A stretch of DNA of 64,000 nucleotides from Aulosira sp. ZfuVER01 (GTDB lineage: Bacteria; Cyanobacteriota; Cyanobacteriia; Cyanobacteriales; Nostocaceae), in the NCBI GenBank assembly GCA_034530615.2, contig JAVRCV020000068.1, positions 32,001 to 96,000 of the forward strand, written 5' to 3'. The notes beneath the pieces were generated by a model. The model searched no databases. It was given only the letters and a program-made list of their open reading frames with translations, and had not been told where the DNA came from. Of the stretch, positions 17,609 through 29,287 are shown one piece after another. Position numbers and translations under genes: made by a program. The first letter of the stretch is position 1. Every line of letters begins with the position of its first letter.

Positions 17609-20600
17609 TTAAGCAGTAGTACTGTGAATAAGTTTCTCTCCTTTGAGCATCCGCACTGCTGCTTCCAGTAGAGCTTCTTCTAGGTAAGGCTTGGTAAAGT
17701 AGCCGCTAGCACCGAGTTGAATTGCCATTTGTCTGTGCTTGTCTGCACCCCGTGAGGTGAGCATAGCGATTGGTAAATGGTTGAGGTTGTTATCTTTCTG
17801 AATCCGAGAGAGCAACTCCAGCCCATCACACCGGGGCATTTCAATGTCGCAAAATACGATATCGCAAGGCAAACCAGAACGAAGTTTATCCCAAGCTTCT
17901 TGTCCATCACGTGCTTGTTCTACGCGATAACCTGCCTTATTAAAGGTGAGGGAGAGTAATTCTCTGACTGTAATTGAGTCATCAACAATCAGCACTGTTG
18001 GGTCAATTTTCACAGCCGGGACTTCTGGTATGGTGGCAGACCCTTTCTGTTGCCAAATACCACCGCTTTGTTTGGATATCCGTCCTTGGAAGATGTCCAT
18101 GATTTCTAAGACATCGGCAATCGGCATAATCCGACCATCACCCAGGACTGTAGCACCAGCTACTCCTAGAGGTTTGGGCGCTGGCCCTTCAAATTGCTTA
18201 ATTACAATTTCTTGCTCACTCAGTACCAAGTCAATTTGTAGGGCAATTAGATTATTTGCCGATCGCACTACAACCACAGAAACCATGTCATCATCACGAG
18301 TACCACCGTAGACACTACCGCGACTGAGTTGGCGATTGAAGGCTAAAAGCTCCTTGAGGGGGCGGAATGGCAATACTGTATCTCGCCAAGGAATAAATGT
18401 TTGCCCATCTGCATTGTGCTGGATATTTTTGACGGGAATATCTAGGGTATCTTCGACACCGTCCATTGGGAAAGCGATCCTAGCTTTATCGGAAACACAG
18501 CACAGAGCTTTACAAATACTCAAGGTGAGTGGTAGACGAATTGTAAAGGTCGTTCCCTTACCAAGACCAGAGTCAGTGTTAACGGTGCCGCGAATTTCGC
18601 TAATTTCCGAGCGAACTACGTCCATACCCACACCACGACCCGAAATTTCATCGGCTTGGTCTTTAATACTAAAACCCGACTGGAACAGCAGATCGTAGAT
18701 TTCTGGGCGTGTTATGGTTCTAGCTTCTGCTGGTGTGAGCATACCCAGCTTCAATGCCTTGGCTTTGATTCGTTCTGTATCGATCCCTGCACCGTCATCA
18801 CCTACAGAGATGACAGTTTGGTTCCCTTGGTGGAAAGCACGAATGGTGATTTCTCCTACAGGCTTTTTACCTGTAGCTTGTCGTACCTCTGGTGTTTCAA
18901 TCCCGTGAGCGATCGCATTATTGAGCATATGAGTTAGCGGATCGGTCAGGTGATCCAAAATCATTTTGTCAATTAAGGTATCTCCACCTTCAATGACTAA
19001 CTCCACTTGTTTGCCATATTTGATGGCATTATCTCTAACGCCGCGCCGCAAGCGATCGATTGCTTGGGAAAATGGCACCATTCTTGCTCGTGTCAATCCT
19101 TCTTGTAACTGGGTGGTGACTTGCCGGAACTGCCTTGCTACTCGCTCGGTTTCTTCCGTTACAAAGTCAATGTCACTCGCTGACTCACGCACCCTGACAA
19201 TCATTTCGATCATTTCTTGGGACAACGTATGGAAAGGCGTAAACCGATCCATTTCTAGTTCACTAAAACCCCTGTCAGAATTAGAATCTGGGACTGGAAC
19301 ATCAGAGTCTTTGTTTTTGCGGCTGGCTAAAAGAGACGCTTCGAGTAGCGATCGCTCATATAATTCCTGCATCCTCGCCCCGACATCAGAGAGATGTTGC
19401 ACCTGAATTAGCAAGTTATCTAATGACTGCCGCAGACGTTCTTGATCCTGCTCTAAGGTATTGCGATTTACTACCAACTCCCCAACCAAATTACTCATAT
19501 CATCCAGTTGCTTGACTGGAACTTTCATCGTTTCTTCAAATCTTGCTGCACGACGAGTTGAGGGGCGTGGTGTTTTGCCCGTCTTTTGTTTGTTGGATGG
19601 TGAATGCGATATTGATTGATCTGCTTCCGCCAGCAATTTCTCTAGATCACTAAATTCGTCATCAATCTCTAGTGAGATTGCAGTGTTGTTGGCATTGTTA
19701 GCAGTTGTTAATGGTTGCTGCTGTGGGTAGACAGATGGAGGTGCTGCTATTTCCTCATCGTTGTCTTCATCTAGTAATGCTTCCAGTGCTGCAAAATCTT
19801 CTTCTGCGATAGGGGTGGAAAATTCTTCGTCTAATAATGTTTCTAGGTCTGCAAATTCGTCTTCTGAAGCAATTGTTGGTGGTTGCTCCGATTTAGTAGT
19901 CTCAGCAACAACAGCATGGGCTATGTCTAACAGAGACGCGGATAAATCCTGGGCTTCATCGAATAAATCTAATTCGACTGCATTTTCTGCGATCGCAGCA
20001 TCATTGAAGTCAATGTTTGCAGTATTTTCTACTACCTCTTCTAAGCTAGCGAATTCTTGGAAGACAGTTTCTGTTGCTGATAACTCATTAACTATCGGTA
20101 ATTCTGTACTGGCGATCGCATCTGTGTGCGCTACTACCTCGTCTAAGCTGGCAAATTCTTGGAAGACGGTTTCTGTCGCTGATAACTCATCGACTATCGG
20201 TAGTTCTGTACTGGCGATCGCATCTGTGTGCGCTACAACCTCATCTAAGCTGGCGAATTCTTGGAAGACGGTTTCTGTCGCTGATAACTCATCAACTATT
20301 GGTAGTTCTGTGCTGGCGATCGCATCTGTGTGCGCTATCACCTCATCTAAGCTGGCAAATTCTTGGAAGACAGTTTCTGTCGCTGGTAACTCATCAACTA
20401 TCGGCAGTTCTGTGCTGGCGATCGCATCTGTGTGCGCTACCACCTCGTCTAAGCTGGCAAATTCTTGGAAGACAGTTTCTGTCGCTGATAAATCATCACC
20501 TATCGGCAGTTCTGTGCTGGCGATCGCATCTGTGCCATCTACTACCTCTTCTAGGGTTGTAAATTCTCGGAAGATAGTTTCTGTGGTTTGTAAAGCATCA

Positions 20601-23368
20601 ACTATCGGCAGTTCTGTGCTGTCAGCAATGGTTATTTCTGGAGTATCAAAGTTACCTAAATCGCTGAAATCGAGATCTAGGTTTGCTGCTGTGGCTGATA
20701 CTTCCTCGACTAAATTCAATGCTCCACTGTCAGCAACAGTAGTTTCTGGAGTATCAAAGTTTTCTAAATCACTGAAATCAAGATCTAGGTTTGCGGCTGT
20801 GGCTGATGATTCATCAACTAAATTCAATGCTCCACTGTCAGCAACGGTTGTTTCTGGAATATCAAAGTTGTCTAAATCGCTGAAATCAAGATCGAGAGTT
20901 GCTGCTGTGGCTGATGATTCATCAACTAAATTGAATTCCCCATTTTCAGCAACGTTTGTTTCTGGAGTATCAATATTAAACAAATCAATTTCCAGGTCAG
21001 CAAAAGCTTTGGGCGAATTGCTAAATATGTTCTCTACTGACTGGTTGGTAAATTCAGGGGTGAAATCTAAAGGTTCTGGAGGTAATGCTGTTGAGGGGAG
21101 TGGGGTGCGATCGCTTTGCTCTTCTAAGAAGCTGCTAATCTCGGCTAAAGGTATTTCTTGATCGTCAACATCAGGAGAAATTGTCGTATTGGTTGGTGTC
21201 AACTCTGCAAATAAATCATCCCCAGCATCTGGTGAAAACATCAGATCGAGTGGCTCATCTTGCTGTGGGAAAGCCAAGTCAAAATCTTCCAGATTAAAAT
21301 TTGCTGTGGGTGAAGGAGTATCCTCAAAAAAATCATTAGCAGCTGTAAATAAACTCTCCTCTAATGCCCTAGCTACATCTTGCTCTAACTTTGAGTCAAA
21401 TTCTGGTTGTTGTTGAGTTTGTGCTTCCTCGTTCCAGAAGTTGCTCAAATCGTCTGCTGATGGCGAAAAATCCTTGGCTATTATTGACGGCTGATCAAAT
21501 AAATCTCCAATCTCTGGCGCACCTGTAGAAAATGGTGTATTTTCTTCTATTTCAGTAAATAAATTTTCAAAAGAAAAGCTTTCTGGCTGTGGTAAGTTAA
21601 GTTGTGATTCGCTACTAGAAGTAACTTCCTCAAGCAAGTTGGCATTTTCACTTTCTGAGAATAACTCATAGAAAGTGTTTTGCTCGTTTTCAATTTCTGC
21701 TGGATTTACTTCACCAATAGATAAATTTTCGTTTTCATTTAATGCCAAACCCAATAAATCTTGCACCACATCTTGCGGGGCAATATCACCAGGATATTCT
21801 AAAAGAATTTGCGTAAATTCTTCTATACTTTCATCACTGGGTGTGTCTAAATCTAAATCGTTAAAGTTTGTGGCTGATGTTTGTAGCTGTTGTGTTTCTG
21901 AATTTTCTTTTTCTAAGAAGTTATCGCCAAATAATGAGTTGAAATCTTCTGTTTGAATTGTAGTTTGTTGAGAAACATCACTGCTTACATCTTCATCAAA
22001 AGATAGTAAATCAGCTAAATCGCTATCAGTATCCTCAGTCTCACTAATGGTGATATCGATTCCCAATTTACTAGCAGCAGTAATGTCTAATATTTCCTCT
22101 TGTTGCCAAGTTTCATCCAGTTCTGGCGTTTCACCTTCAAATAAATCAGCAAGGGTATTTAACTCAGCTATGCCTACTTCTGGCCCTTTAGGATCGAGAT
22201 GATGATTTGTTAGAAGTGTATCCTCTTCATGACCGGGCAAGGCAGTAAATATCAAAGGAGAATCAGTGGTAGTATTTTGCGCTGTTGGGGAAATATCCTG
22301 AGCTTTGTTAAGTTGTTCAGATAGGCTAGTTATACGGTTTTTAGAACCGCTGACAACATCATCAGTTGTAGTCGCAGTTGAGTGTATCCCAGATTTCTCA
22401 AGTAAATTATTGGTTATGTCGACTAATTCAACTTCTGGGAAACTCAAGAGTACTTCTAGCTGCTGACTAATAACAATCTCAGATTCCTTACCTTTAAGAA
22501 CAAATTCCTGAGCTTTTTTAATTTCTGTAATGACAATTTTAGCTAGAGTTAAATAAGTATTATCAGGATTAGCGATCGCGTTTGTAGCCGCTTGACATAA
22601 ATTACGCCACTTCGGTAAATTAAATACCTCACCGAGATGGACTAACTGTTGACAACATTGCTGGAGATTTTGCCGAGTTTCGAGAGTTGTCCCTTGTTTA
22701 AATAATTGCAACATTTCCCGCAGTGTTTGCAACACTTGGGTTTGAAACTCGCTCCAGTTCTCAGTTTCTTTGGCGACAACCGGCGAACGTGGCTCCTGTA
22801 GCGGTGTCACAGATGCTTCCCCGGATACATTGCTGTTTTCTTCTTCGGGAGTGGAGAAATCCCGTTGCATGAAGATTTGTGTCAACGTGTGGGCGTTATC
22901 TGCCAAGGCGGGACGTATGTCTGTTGCTGAAATACCGCTGTTTGTTTGTTGTAAGAGCAGTTCTAGATGTTCATTCAGCCATTGAAAGACTGGCTCAGTT
23001 TCTGACATCAAAGTATTGGCGGTCTCTTCTGACAACCCAAACGGGCCACTCAAATTCTCTAAAAGTGCTTTGAGAGTATCCGCCACACCAAGAAATAAAG
23101 ACTCTAACTTTTGGTCAACCTGAATCGGATTCTCTTTGAGAATTTTAAAGCAATCTTCTAGGCGGTGAGATGTATGCTGGATGCTATTCAAACCAAGCAT
23201 CGCAGCCCCCCCTTTGATAGAGTGAGCCGCCCGGAAGACTTCGTTGATCATTTCTGGGTCGTTCAGGGTACTCTGAAGATTCAACAACCCCTGCTCGATG
23301 GTATTCAGGTGGTCTCTTGCTTCTTCAATAAAGTAACCCAAAATGCGCTGTTGTTGTTCCGGCAGCAT
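17609..23368 (-). CDS. hmpE: CheA-like hybrid kinase (Hpt, long acidic linker, HATPase, CheW, REC)
   Basis: FRAAHSIKGGAAM Hpt; ISGRGVGMDVV; GTTFTIRLPLTL; C-terminal receiver; locus context. ATG at 23368. Confidence 0.9.
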   Translation of the reverse strand: MLPEQQQRILGYFIEEARDHLNTIEQGLLNLQSTLNDPEMINEVFRAAHSIKGGAAMLGLNSIQHTSHRLEDCFKILKENPIQVDQKLESLFLGVADTLKALLENLSGPFGLSEETANTLMSETEPVFQWLNEHLELLLQQTNSGISATDIRPALADNAHTLTQIFMQRDFSTPEEENSNVSGEASVTPLQEPRSPVVAKETENWSEFQTQVLQTLREMLQLFKQGTTLETRQNLQQCCQQLVHLGEVFNLPKWRNLCQAATNAIANPDNTYLTLAKIVITEIKKAQEFVLKGKESEIVISQQLEVLLSFPEVELVDITNNLLEKSGIHSTATTTDDVVSGSKNRITSLSEQLNKAQDISPTAQNTTTDSPLIFTALPGHEEDTLLTNHHLDPKGPEVGIAELNTLADLFEGETPELDETWQQEEILDITAASKLGIDITISETEDTDSDLADLLSFDEDVSSDVSQQTTIQTEDFNSLFGDNFLEKENSETQQLQTSATNFNDLDLDTPSDESIEEFTQILLEYPGDIAPQDVVQDLLGLALNENENLSIGEVNPAEIENEQNTFYELFSESENANLLEEVTSSSESQLNLPQPESFSFENLFTEIEENTPFSTGAPEIGDLFDQPSIIAKDFSPSADDLSNFWNEEAQTQQQPEFDSKLEQDVARALEESLFTAANDFFEDTPSPTANFNLEDFDLAFPQQDEPLDLMFSPDAGDDLFAELTPTNTTISPDVDDQEIPLAEISSFLEEQSDRTPLPSTALPPEPLDFTPEFTNQSVENIFSNSPKAFADLEIDLFNIDTPETNVAENGEFNLVDESSATAATLDLDFSDLDNFDIPETTVADSGALNLVDESSATAANLDLDFSDLENFDTPETTVADSGALNLVEEVSATAANLDLDFSDLGNFDTPEITIADSTELPIVDALQTTETIFREFTTLEEVVDGTDAIASTELPIGDDLSATETVFQEFASLDEVVAHTDAIASTELPIVDELPATETVFQEFASLDEVIAHTDAIASTELPIVDELSATETVFQEFASLDEVVAHTDAIASTELPIVDELSATETVFQEFASLDEVVAHTDAIASTELPIVNELSATETVFQEFASLEEVVENTANIDFNDAAIAENAVELDLFDEAQDLSASLLDIAHAVVAETTKSEQPPTIASEDEFADLETLLDEEFSTPIAEEDFAALEALLDEDNDEEIAAPPSVYPQQQPLTTANNANNTAISLEIDDEFSDLEKLLAEADQSISHSPSNKQKTGKTPRPSTRRAARFEETMKVPVKQLDDMSNLVGELVVNRNTLEQDQERLRQSLDNLLIQVQHLSDVGARMQELYERSLLEASLLASRKNKDSDVPVPDSNSDRGFSELEMDRFTPFHTLSQEMIEMIVRVRESASDIDFVTEETERVARQFRQVTTQLQEGLTRARMVPFSQAIDRLRRGVRDNAIKYGKQVELVIEGGDTLIDKMILDHLTDPLTHMLNNAIAHGIETPEVRQATGKKPVGEITIRAFHQGNQTVISVGDDGAGIDTERIKAKALKLGMLTPAEARTITRPEIYDLLFQSGFSIKDQADEISGRGVGMDVVRSEISEIRGTVNTDSGLGKGTTFTIRLPLTLSICKALCCVSDKARIAFPMDGVEDTLDIPVKNIQHNADGQTFIPWRDTVLPFRPLKELLAFNRQLSRGSVYGGTRDDDMVSVVVVRSANNLIALQIDLVLSEQEIVIKQFEGPAPKPLGVAGATVLGDGRIMPIADVLEIMDIFQGRISKQSGGIWQQKGSATIPEVPAVKIDPTVLIVDDSITVRELLSLTFNKAGYRVEQARDGQEAWDKLRSGLPCDIVFCDIEMPRCDGLELLSRIQKDNNLNHLPIAMLTSRGADKHRQMAIQLGASGYFTKPYLEEALLEAAVRMLKGEKLIHSTTA
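20020..20620 (-). repeat. Intragenic 102-bp tandem repeat (~6 copies, 34 aa)
   Basis: ASTELPIVDELSATETVFQEFASLDEVVAHTDAI; HIP1 sites at 20112, 20214, 20316, 20418, 20520. Confidence 0.9.
20620..20975 (-). repeat. Intragenic 108-bp tandem repeat (~3.3 copies, 36 aa)
   Basis: PETTVADSGALNLVDESSATAANLDLDFSDLENFDT; GAGTATCAA recurs at 20641 and 20749. Confidence 0.88.
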
Positions 23369-23382
23369 AGTTTTTTCGCCAA

Positions 23383-23430
23383 GAGTCAATAGTCAAGAGT
23401 CAACAGTTAGTCATCAACAGTCAAGAGCCA
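23383..23430. repeat. Heptamer tandem repeat (GTCAAnA)
   Basis: gtcaata-gtcaaga-gtcaaca...gtcaaga between hmpD and hmpE. Confidence 0.6.
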
Positions 23431-23458
23431 GTATTTAAACTTTGGACTATTGACTAAA

Positions 23459-26398
23459 TTATCTAGATTCGAGGGTTTCCACCCGGAAACGTTCAACGGA
23501 TGCTATTAAGTCACGGGATACACCTACTAAGTTTTGTAGGGCACCAGAAACTCGTTGTGCTTCCTGAGACGTTTCTTGTGCTGTCAGTTCTACGGATTGC
23601 ATCACGTGAGCTACAGCGCGAGAGGTTTCTGTTTGTTCCACAGTATCGGAGGTAATTGAACGCACCAGAATATCAATACGATTGGCTACTTGAATAATAT
23701 TTTCGAGCGATCGCTTGGCTTCTTCTGCCAATTTAGTGCCTTTAATTACCTGCTGTGTACCTTCCTCCATTGCAGTCATCACAGAGCCAGTTTCGCTCTG
23801 GATTTGCATCACAATTTGTTCAATTTCTTTTAACGACTTGGCAGATTTATCTGCTAGCTGGCGCACTTCATCTGCTACAATTGCAAACCCCCGTCCGGCT
23901 TCTCCTGCCCGTGCCGCCTCAATACTAGCATTGAGTGCTAATAAGTTGGTTCTAGAGGCAATTTGAGAGATTAAGGCGACAATTTTCGAGATTTCCTGGG
24001 AGGATTCTGCGAGTCGCTTCACTTTTCGGGTTGTTTCTGCTACAGTTTCCCGAATTTCTAAAATACCTGCCACAGTATTTTCCACAGCTTCTCCACCTTT
24101 GAGGGCGATGGTGCTGGCATCACGGGCTACCGCCTCTGCTTCGCGGGCTGCTTCTGCTACCCGTTGAATTGAGTCTGTCATTACCTGTACGGAATTCAGT
24201 GTGACAGCCAATTCTTCTGCTTGTCGCAAGGCATCACTAGATAAGGCTCTGGCAAAGGTTTCGGAATTTGTTGCACCTTTTGTTACTTCCTTAGCTGCCA
24301 CTTTTACTTGTTGGACAATATCCCGCAAGTTTTGAATGGTCAGGTTAAAGGCATCAGCAACGGCTCCCAGTACATCTGCTGTCACCTCAGCTTGTACTGT
24401 TAAATCTCCTCTAGCGGCTCCTTCCACATCATCCAACAAACGAATTACTTGGCGCTGGAGATTTTCTTTAGCTTCTTCCTGTTCATCGGCTTTGCGTTGA
24501 GCTTCATTGGTGGTAGTAAAAATGACCCGTGCCATTTCATTAAAGCCAGTAGCTAGCAATCCTAATTCATCTTCAGAATACACTGTAGCTTGCACATTCA
24601 GATTACCTTGCCGCACAGCATCAAACTGCGCTTGCAAATTCTGGGTTGTGCGCCGAACTTGCTTGAGTGTAAAGTTCCCCATAAATGCGGCGGTGGCAAA
24701 ACCAGCAATCCCCGCCGCTAGTGACATAGCCCAACCAGTGTTGCGCACTGATTCTCGCTGCTGCGGTGGCGAAATGGTAGTAGCCCCAAAGCTAACTGTC
24801 GCTACAACTATTGCCGAGACTATACCGACGCTACCTGCGATTAGCCATTGTTTCTTTTCTAAGGAAGCATTCTCTAAGGGAGCTAACCAACCTTGCTCGA
24901 CACTAACGCTAGGTTCTAACTTTGAAACATCTACTTGGGTAAAGACTGGGACTGCTTCTTGTGAACCAGTAATCGAAAATAATTCATCTTCGCGATCGCT
25001 AGCTTCATCAATTGCAGAAGACTCGACAATTTGACTGCGGGAGTTACTACCAGTTTCTAGAGAACCAGAATGCATTGCGATATCGCCAAAGCTGGAATCT
25101 GCATCTGCCAGATCAAACCCTGGAATGTTACCTAAATCGTCAAATTCATCAAAGTCATCTAAAAACTCTATATTACTCTTGGAATTGCTGCCATTGCGGA
25201 GATTACCTGTGTCTTCATCAAGGCTCACACTCTCTGAACCAAAAGCAGATTCAAATGCCTCAAAATCAAAATTATCGTCAATATCCAAATTGTTTGTTTG
25301 GACTGTTACACCCGGTTTTACCTGTTTTTCTTCTCGGCTAAAATCTTTGTTAGCAGAAGCAGATACCTCTTTTAAGGTATTGTGGGTTTCTATCGGCCCC
25401 AACCAATTATCGGGTGTACTTTGAGATAAATTATCTTGTTGATTGGATCTCAAATTATTTGTTTTTGTTGCACTATCCTGGACAACTATTTGGCTCTTCG
25501 CTAAATTTTCATTGTCCAGGCTATTACTGTTCATTGCCAAATCCGCATCACTTGAAGAGGGATATTTTTCCTCCATCAAGAATTCAGTTGGTATTTCCCA
25601 GCTATTACTTGTTGATAAATCAAATTCTGCAAAAGGTGAATCGCTATCATTTGGAGAATTAGAAATATCTTCTTGAGTTGAATTTGTCGCAGCGTCTACA
25701 AAAGGATTGTTGACTCCTGGGGCGCCAATACTATCTTCTGTGATATCTTCCTGCCAAAAAGCAGGTAATTCCAGTTCTGCTTGCTCTTCCCAACTGTTGG
25801 CTGGTGAATCTTGCCCACTTACTTGATTATTCAAATTAAACGGGTCATCACTGAAAGGTTCTGAGGAATCTGGTATGGAATTAAATGTAATACCACTGTT
25901 TGCAGAGATATCAAAGGGACTGTCCAAAGACAGATCTTCTATTTGATCTACATCTGATTGGTATTCGCTAAAAGCTTTGTTGTCAACGCTGCTGCTACCA
26001 AAATCGCCACTAGGGTTAAAATCTTGTGATTTTGATTCATCAGCTAGCAAAACATCAGAAATTTCCTCTTTTGATGTTTGCTGATTATCCTGCGTAGGAA
26101 TGTCCTGAGGCGGTAATGATTGCTGATATTCATTAATACTCTCAAGACCATGTTTGGCAAAACCAATAATTTCTTGATCCTGTGTCAGATGCAGCACTTG
26201 TTCGTATTCAGCTTTTGCAACATCGTACTGCTGTAAGACGTAGTAGATGTGACCCCGTAACAAATGGGAGTTAGGGTCAGTTGGTAAATTTTGCACCACT
26301 TGGTCAACTAAAGTGGCCGCAACTTCATAGTTCTGTTGCGCGTAAGCCGTACAAGCCTGCTTATATATCTCTAAGTAATCTTCTATACCTGCTGCCAT
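23459..26398 (-). CDS. hmpD: Methyl-accepting chemotaxis protein with N-terminal TPR (PilJ-like)
   Basis: TPR N-terminus, two TM segments, [38 protein letters not shown] at 26398 after GAGGG. Confidence 0.92.
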   Translation of the reverse strand: MAAGIEDYLEIYKQACTAYAQQNYEVAATLVDQVVQNLPTDPNSHLLRGHIYYVLQQYDVAKAEYEQVLHLTQDQEIIGFAKHGLESINEYQQSLPPQDIPTQDNQQTSKEEISDVLLADESKSQDFNPSGDFGSSSVDNKAFSEYQSDVDQIEDLSLDSPFDISANSGITFNSIPDSSEPFSDDPFNLNNQVSGQDSPANSWEEQAELELPAFWQEDITEDSIGAPGVNNPFVDAATNSTQEDISNSPNDSDSPFAEFDLSTSNSWEIPTEFLMEEKYPSSSDADLAMNSNSLDNENLAKSQIVVQDSATKTNNLRSNQQDNLSQSTPDNWLGPIETHNTLKEVSASANKDFSREEKQVKPGVTVQTNNLDIDDNFDFEAFESAFGSESVSLDEDTGNLRNGSNSKSNIEFLDDFDEFDDLGNIPGFDLADADSSFGDIAMHSGSLETGSNSRSQIVESSAIDEASDREDELFSITGSQEAVPVFTQVDVSKLEPSVSVEQGWLAPLENASLEKKQWLIAGSVGIVSAIVVATVSFGATTISPPQQRESVRNTGWAMSLAAGIAGFATAAFMGNFTLKQVRRTTQNLQAQFDAVRQGNLNVQATVYSEDELGLLATGFNEMARVIFTTTNEAQRKADEQEEAKENLQRQVIRLLDDVEGAARGDLTVQAEVTADVLGAVADAFNLTIQNLRDIVQQVKVAAKEVTKGATNSETFARALSSDALRQAEELAVTLNSVQVMTDSIQRVAEAAREAEAVARDASTIALKGGEAVENTVAGILEIRETVAETTRKVKRLAESSQEISKIVALISQIASRTNLLALNASIEAARAGEAGRGFAIVADEVRQLADKSAKSLKEIEQIVMQIQSETGSVMTAMEEGTQQVIKGTKLAEEAKRSLENIIQVANRIDILVRSITSDTVEQTETSRAVAHVMQSVELTAQETSQEAQRVSGALQNLVGVSRDLIASVERFRVETLESR

Positions 26399-26414
26399 TT
26401 CCACCCTCTCAATT

Positions 26415-26945
26415 TCATCCTGCCCACCTCGCACTCCGCAAAATTGCCATTTGATCGAGCAGTCGTAGACACTGATTTTTTTTAGCATCTAATAACCACT
26501 CACCGCGTAAAAAAGGAGCCATAGTATCTGGTACATGAGTTGGTAGCATTAGATGCTGTGCATCAAGCCAGTCCATGCCGCCGATTTCTTCTACCGCTAA
26601 ACCCACTATTGTGTCTTGTTCTTCGATAGCAATTACCGGAATTTCTGCTCGATCTGTGTTTAGCGCGGTTGCTTCCCCCAGAAATTGACCTAAATCAGCG
26701 ACCCAAATTACTCGACCTCGTAAATTTAGAGTACCCAAAAGTAAAGGAGAAGCATTAGGAATCGGAGTGATTCTATCTGGACTCAGTTCCATTACTTCTC
26801 GAATCCCAGTTGCAGGTAGTGCAAACTCCTGGTGCGAAGGAATGTAAAACCGCAAATGTAATTCACCTTCGGGACTTTCTACTTGTAATTCAGGACGGAA
26901 GTGGTCTTGACTACCACCACTTAAAAAGTCCGGTTTGCTGACCAT
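26415..26945 (-). CDS. hmpC: CheW adaptor
   Basis: [27 protein letters not shown]. Confidence 0.92.
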   Translation of the reverse strand: MVSKPDFLSGGSQDHFRPELQVESPEGELHLRFYIPSHQEFALPATGIREVMELSPDRITPIPNASPLLLGTLNLRGRVIWVADLGQFLGEATALNTDRAEIPVIAIEEQDTIVGLAVEEIGGMDWLDAQHLMLPTHVPDTMAPFLRGEWLLDAKKNQCLRLLDQMAILRSARWAG

Positions 26946-26958
26946 GTTATTTTCATCC

Positions 26959-27324
26959 TTATCCTCGCAGCAGTTGTTTGACTGTTCCCACCAACTCAGT
27001 TGGTTGAAATGGTTTGGCTATGTAAGCGTCTGCACCCTGCTTCATGCCCCAGTAGCGATCGAATTCTTCACCTTTAGAAGAACACATCACTACGGGGACA
27101 TTCTGGGTTTTCGGATCGGATTTTAACCGACGGCAAACTTCGTAGCCGTTCATCCGAGGCATGACAATATCCAAAACCACCAAATCAGGAGGTGCGCTTT
27201 GAATCGCCTCCAAAGCTTCTACTCCATCACTTGCATGGGTGACTGTTAGGCCACTTGCTTTCAGGAGGTCTGTAATCATCTCCCTTTGTGCGATACTGTC
27301 TTCCACAATCAGAACTGTACTCAT
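26959..27324 (-). CDS. hmpB: CheY-like response regulator (PilH-like)
   Basis: VLIVEDS, DLVVLDIVMP, YIAKPF. Confidence 0.92.
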   Translation of the reverse strand: MSTVLIVEDSIAQREMITDLLKASGLTVTHASDGVEALEAIQSAPPDLVVLDIVMPRMNGYEVCRRLKSDPKTQNVPVVMCSSKGEEFDRYWGMKQGADAYIAKPFQPTELVGTVKQLLRG

Positions 27325-27505
27325 AAATGCCTATCTACCTCCTGATGTAGACGTTCCCTTTGGAACATTCCCTGATTCCCCCGCAAGCATTTAGTGTATA
27401 AATTAATTCTATTCCTTGACTAATTTACTAGATAATAACTTTGTACTGGTTGTACTGGGGCTGGTTGATTCTGTGATAACATTTTTTACCCCATCTTTTA
27501 TCGAA

Positions 27506-28732
27506 TCAACAAGTCTTGTATCTTTTTTGTATGTCCTGGCGATAATCTATATTGATATATTTCTCTACGAGCATCAGTATCTCAGTATCTTTTAACGGTT
27601 TTGTCAAAAAATCTGTCGTCCCGACCATCCTAGCTTTGACTCGATCGATAAATCTATCTTGACCATTTAGCAAAATAATGGGCACCAGCGCAAATGCTGA
27701 TGACTGTCGCATCATGGCACAAATCTCATATCCATCTAATTCCGGCATGGTGATGTCGCAGAAGATCATATCTGGCTTGAGTTGAAAAACGAGACTGAGG
27801 AACTCTAAAGGATTAGTTAAAGTTAACACTTCATATCCTTTTGGCAGCAAAATCGACTCTATAGTTTCGCCAATGGACTTTGATTGCTGAATACTGATGA
27901 TTTGCACCCCGCCGTTGATGTCTATTTCCGAATTTTCTCTATCTACCTCATAACTACAAGTATTTGAATATACTAATTGCAACCAGCCCTGTTGCACATA
28001 GGGGTATATGGCCTTGGCGACTGTGAAAATATCTCGATTGAGATAGCGTGCTAGTTGACGCAGGGATGTCTTACCGTCCGCCCAATGCTTTAGCTTATTA
28101 ACTGTTTCTGCTGGTAAAGAGGAATGTAATTGAACTCCGTCAGAAAGCATTGGCACTTGATCGGGAGACTGGATATACGGATACAGTTGTCGCCAGTCTT
28201 GCAGTTGCTTGACAATTTTTGTTACTAGAGGCGTAATCTCCCAGGTGGTTAATTGCGGGGTAAGTGCTGGACTCTGATGAAAAATGAAGCTACCTTCATG
28301 CAAACTTAGTAAATCAAACAGAGTTTCATATACAAGACCATGCATGATATTACGAGCTACCTTTGGGCTAATCATATTCTGCTCTAAGAGTGCCCAGAGA
28401 TAGCTATATTCTGCTACATTCACTGAGTCTAGGGAGGCTGGTTGTATATCGTCAAGCTGCATCTCGACTCGGTAATGACGTAAATAATCATCAATCCTAG
28501 ATAAACTACCATCTCCTTGTTGGCAATAAATAATCTGGCCATGAAGGAAAAAGACGAACCAATACTGTTGTGGTTGGTAGATTAACCAATGGTGATGTGT
28601 GTTAACCTCTCTACTAATTTTGTTGTTATTGCGAAATTTATGGGCTTTCACCAACAATTGACCAGTTCGCTGCCCCCACTCAATCAATTGCAGGATACTA
28701 GGAATATCAATTTCATTTAAATTTCCCTGCAT
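27506..28732 (-). CDS. hmpA: PatA-family response regulator
   Basis: MQGNLNEIDIPSILQLIE PATAN-type N-terminus; C-terminal receiver DMIFCDITMPELDG...FLTKP. Confidence 0.85.
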   Translation of the reverse strand: MQGNLNEIDIPSILQLIEWGQRTGQLLVKAHKFRNNNKISREVNTHHHWLIYQPQQYWFVFFLHGQIIYCQQGDGSLSRIDDYLRHYRVEMQLDDIQPASLDSVNVAEYSYLWALLEQNMISPKVARNIMHGLVYETLFDLLSLHEGSFIFHQSPALTPQLTTWEITPLVTKIVKQLQDWRQLYPYIQSPDQVPMLSDGVQLHSSLPAETVNKLKHWADGKTSLRQLARYLNRDIFTVAKAIYPYVQQGWLQLVYSNTCSYEVDRENSEIDINGGVQIISIQQSKSIGETIESILLPKGYEVLTLTNPLEFLSLVFQLKPDMIFCDITMPELDGYEICAMMRQSSAFALVPIILLNGQDRFIDRVKARMVGTTDFLTKPLKDTEILMLVEKYINIDYRQDIQKRYKTC

Positions 28733-29287
28733 TTAGGTAAAAGGTACTCCTTGCGATCCTGTTTACGTTCTTTGTTAAGTTTGCCCAGTAATTTTTTATG
28801 TTTAACTAGTGTAAGCAGGTAATTTGACTTACTTGAGGCTGTAATACACAAATTGCAGGGTAAAAGTGACCATCAAGTAGAAAGTAGCAGTTATTGCTGA
28901 GGAGATGGCAATAATACTGCTGATTTCACCAGTTTTTTCAACTTTTTCCGCCACGTTGCACTAGGAGAATAAGCTATTGGGCATAAAGAAAATTACTACC
29001 TGCACAATATCTTTGGCGATCGCATACGTTAAGCAATCTTCCTTAATTTTTCGTAATAGACTTTGACAAAGCTAGTGATCACACGGTAGCCATCATTATT
29101 GCTATCAGCACAGAATATAAAGGCGCGATTCACACGCATCTATATGTATCAAGGCATGAAATCTCATGTCTATAAATAGTTTTGTTTGTCTTGTTTTCCC
29201 TAGCTGGAGTGAAATCAGACACTTTAACAAAAATATCTAAGATATAACGCAAATCATAGACATTAAGTACACAAAAGGACTAACGGT

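Noticed and set aside
20020..20975. Possible CRISPR array
   Set aside because: Contiguous 102/108-bp in-frame coding repeats with no unique spacers and no cas genes.
19761..21161. 466-aa plus-strand ORF with repeats
   Set aside because: Antisense shadow of the hmpE repeat region; Ser-rich and without independent coding signals.
27330..29287. SigJ-type promoter boxes for hmp genes
   Set aside because: Only partial GGGAAT-like matches; cannot be assigned without TSS data.
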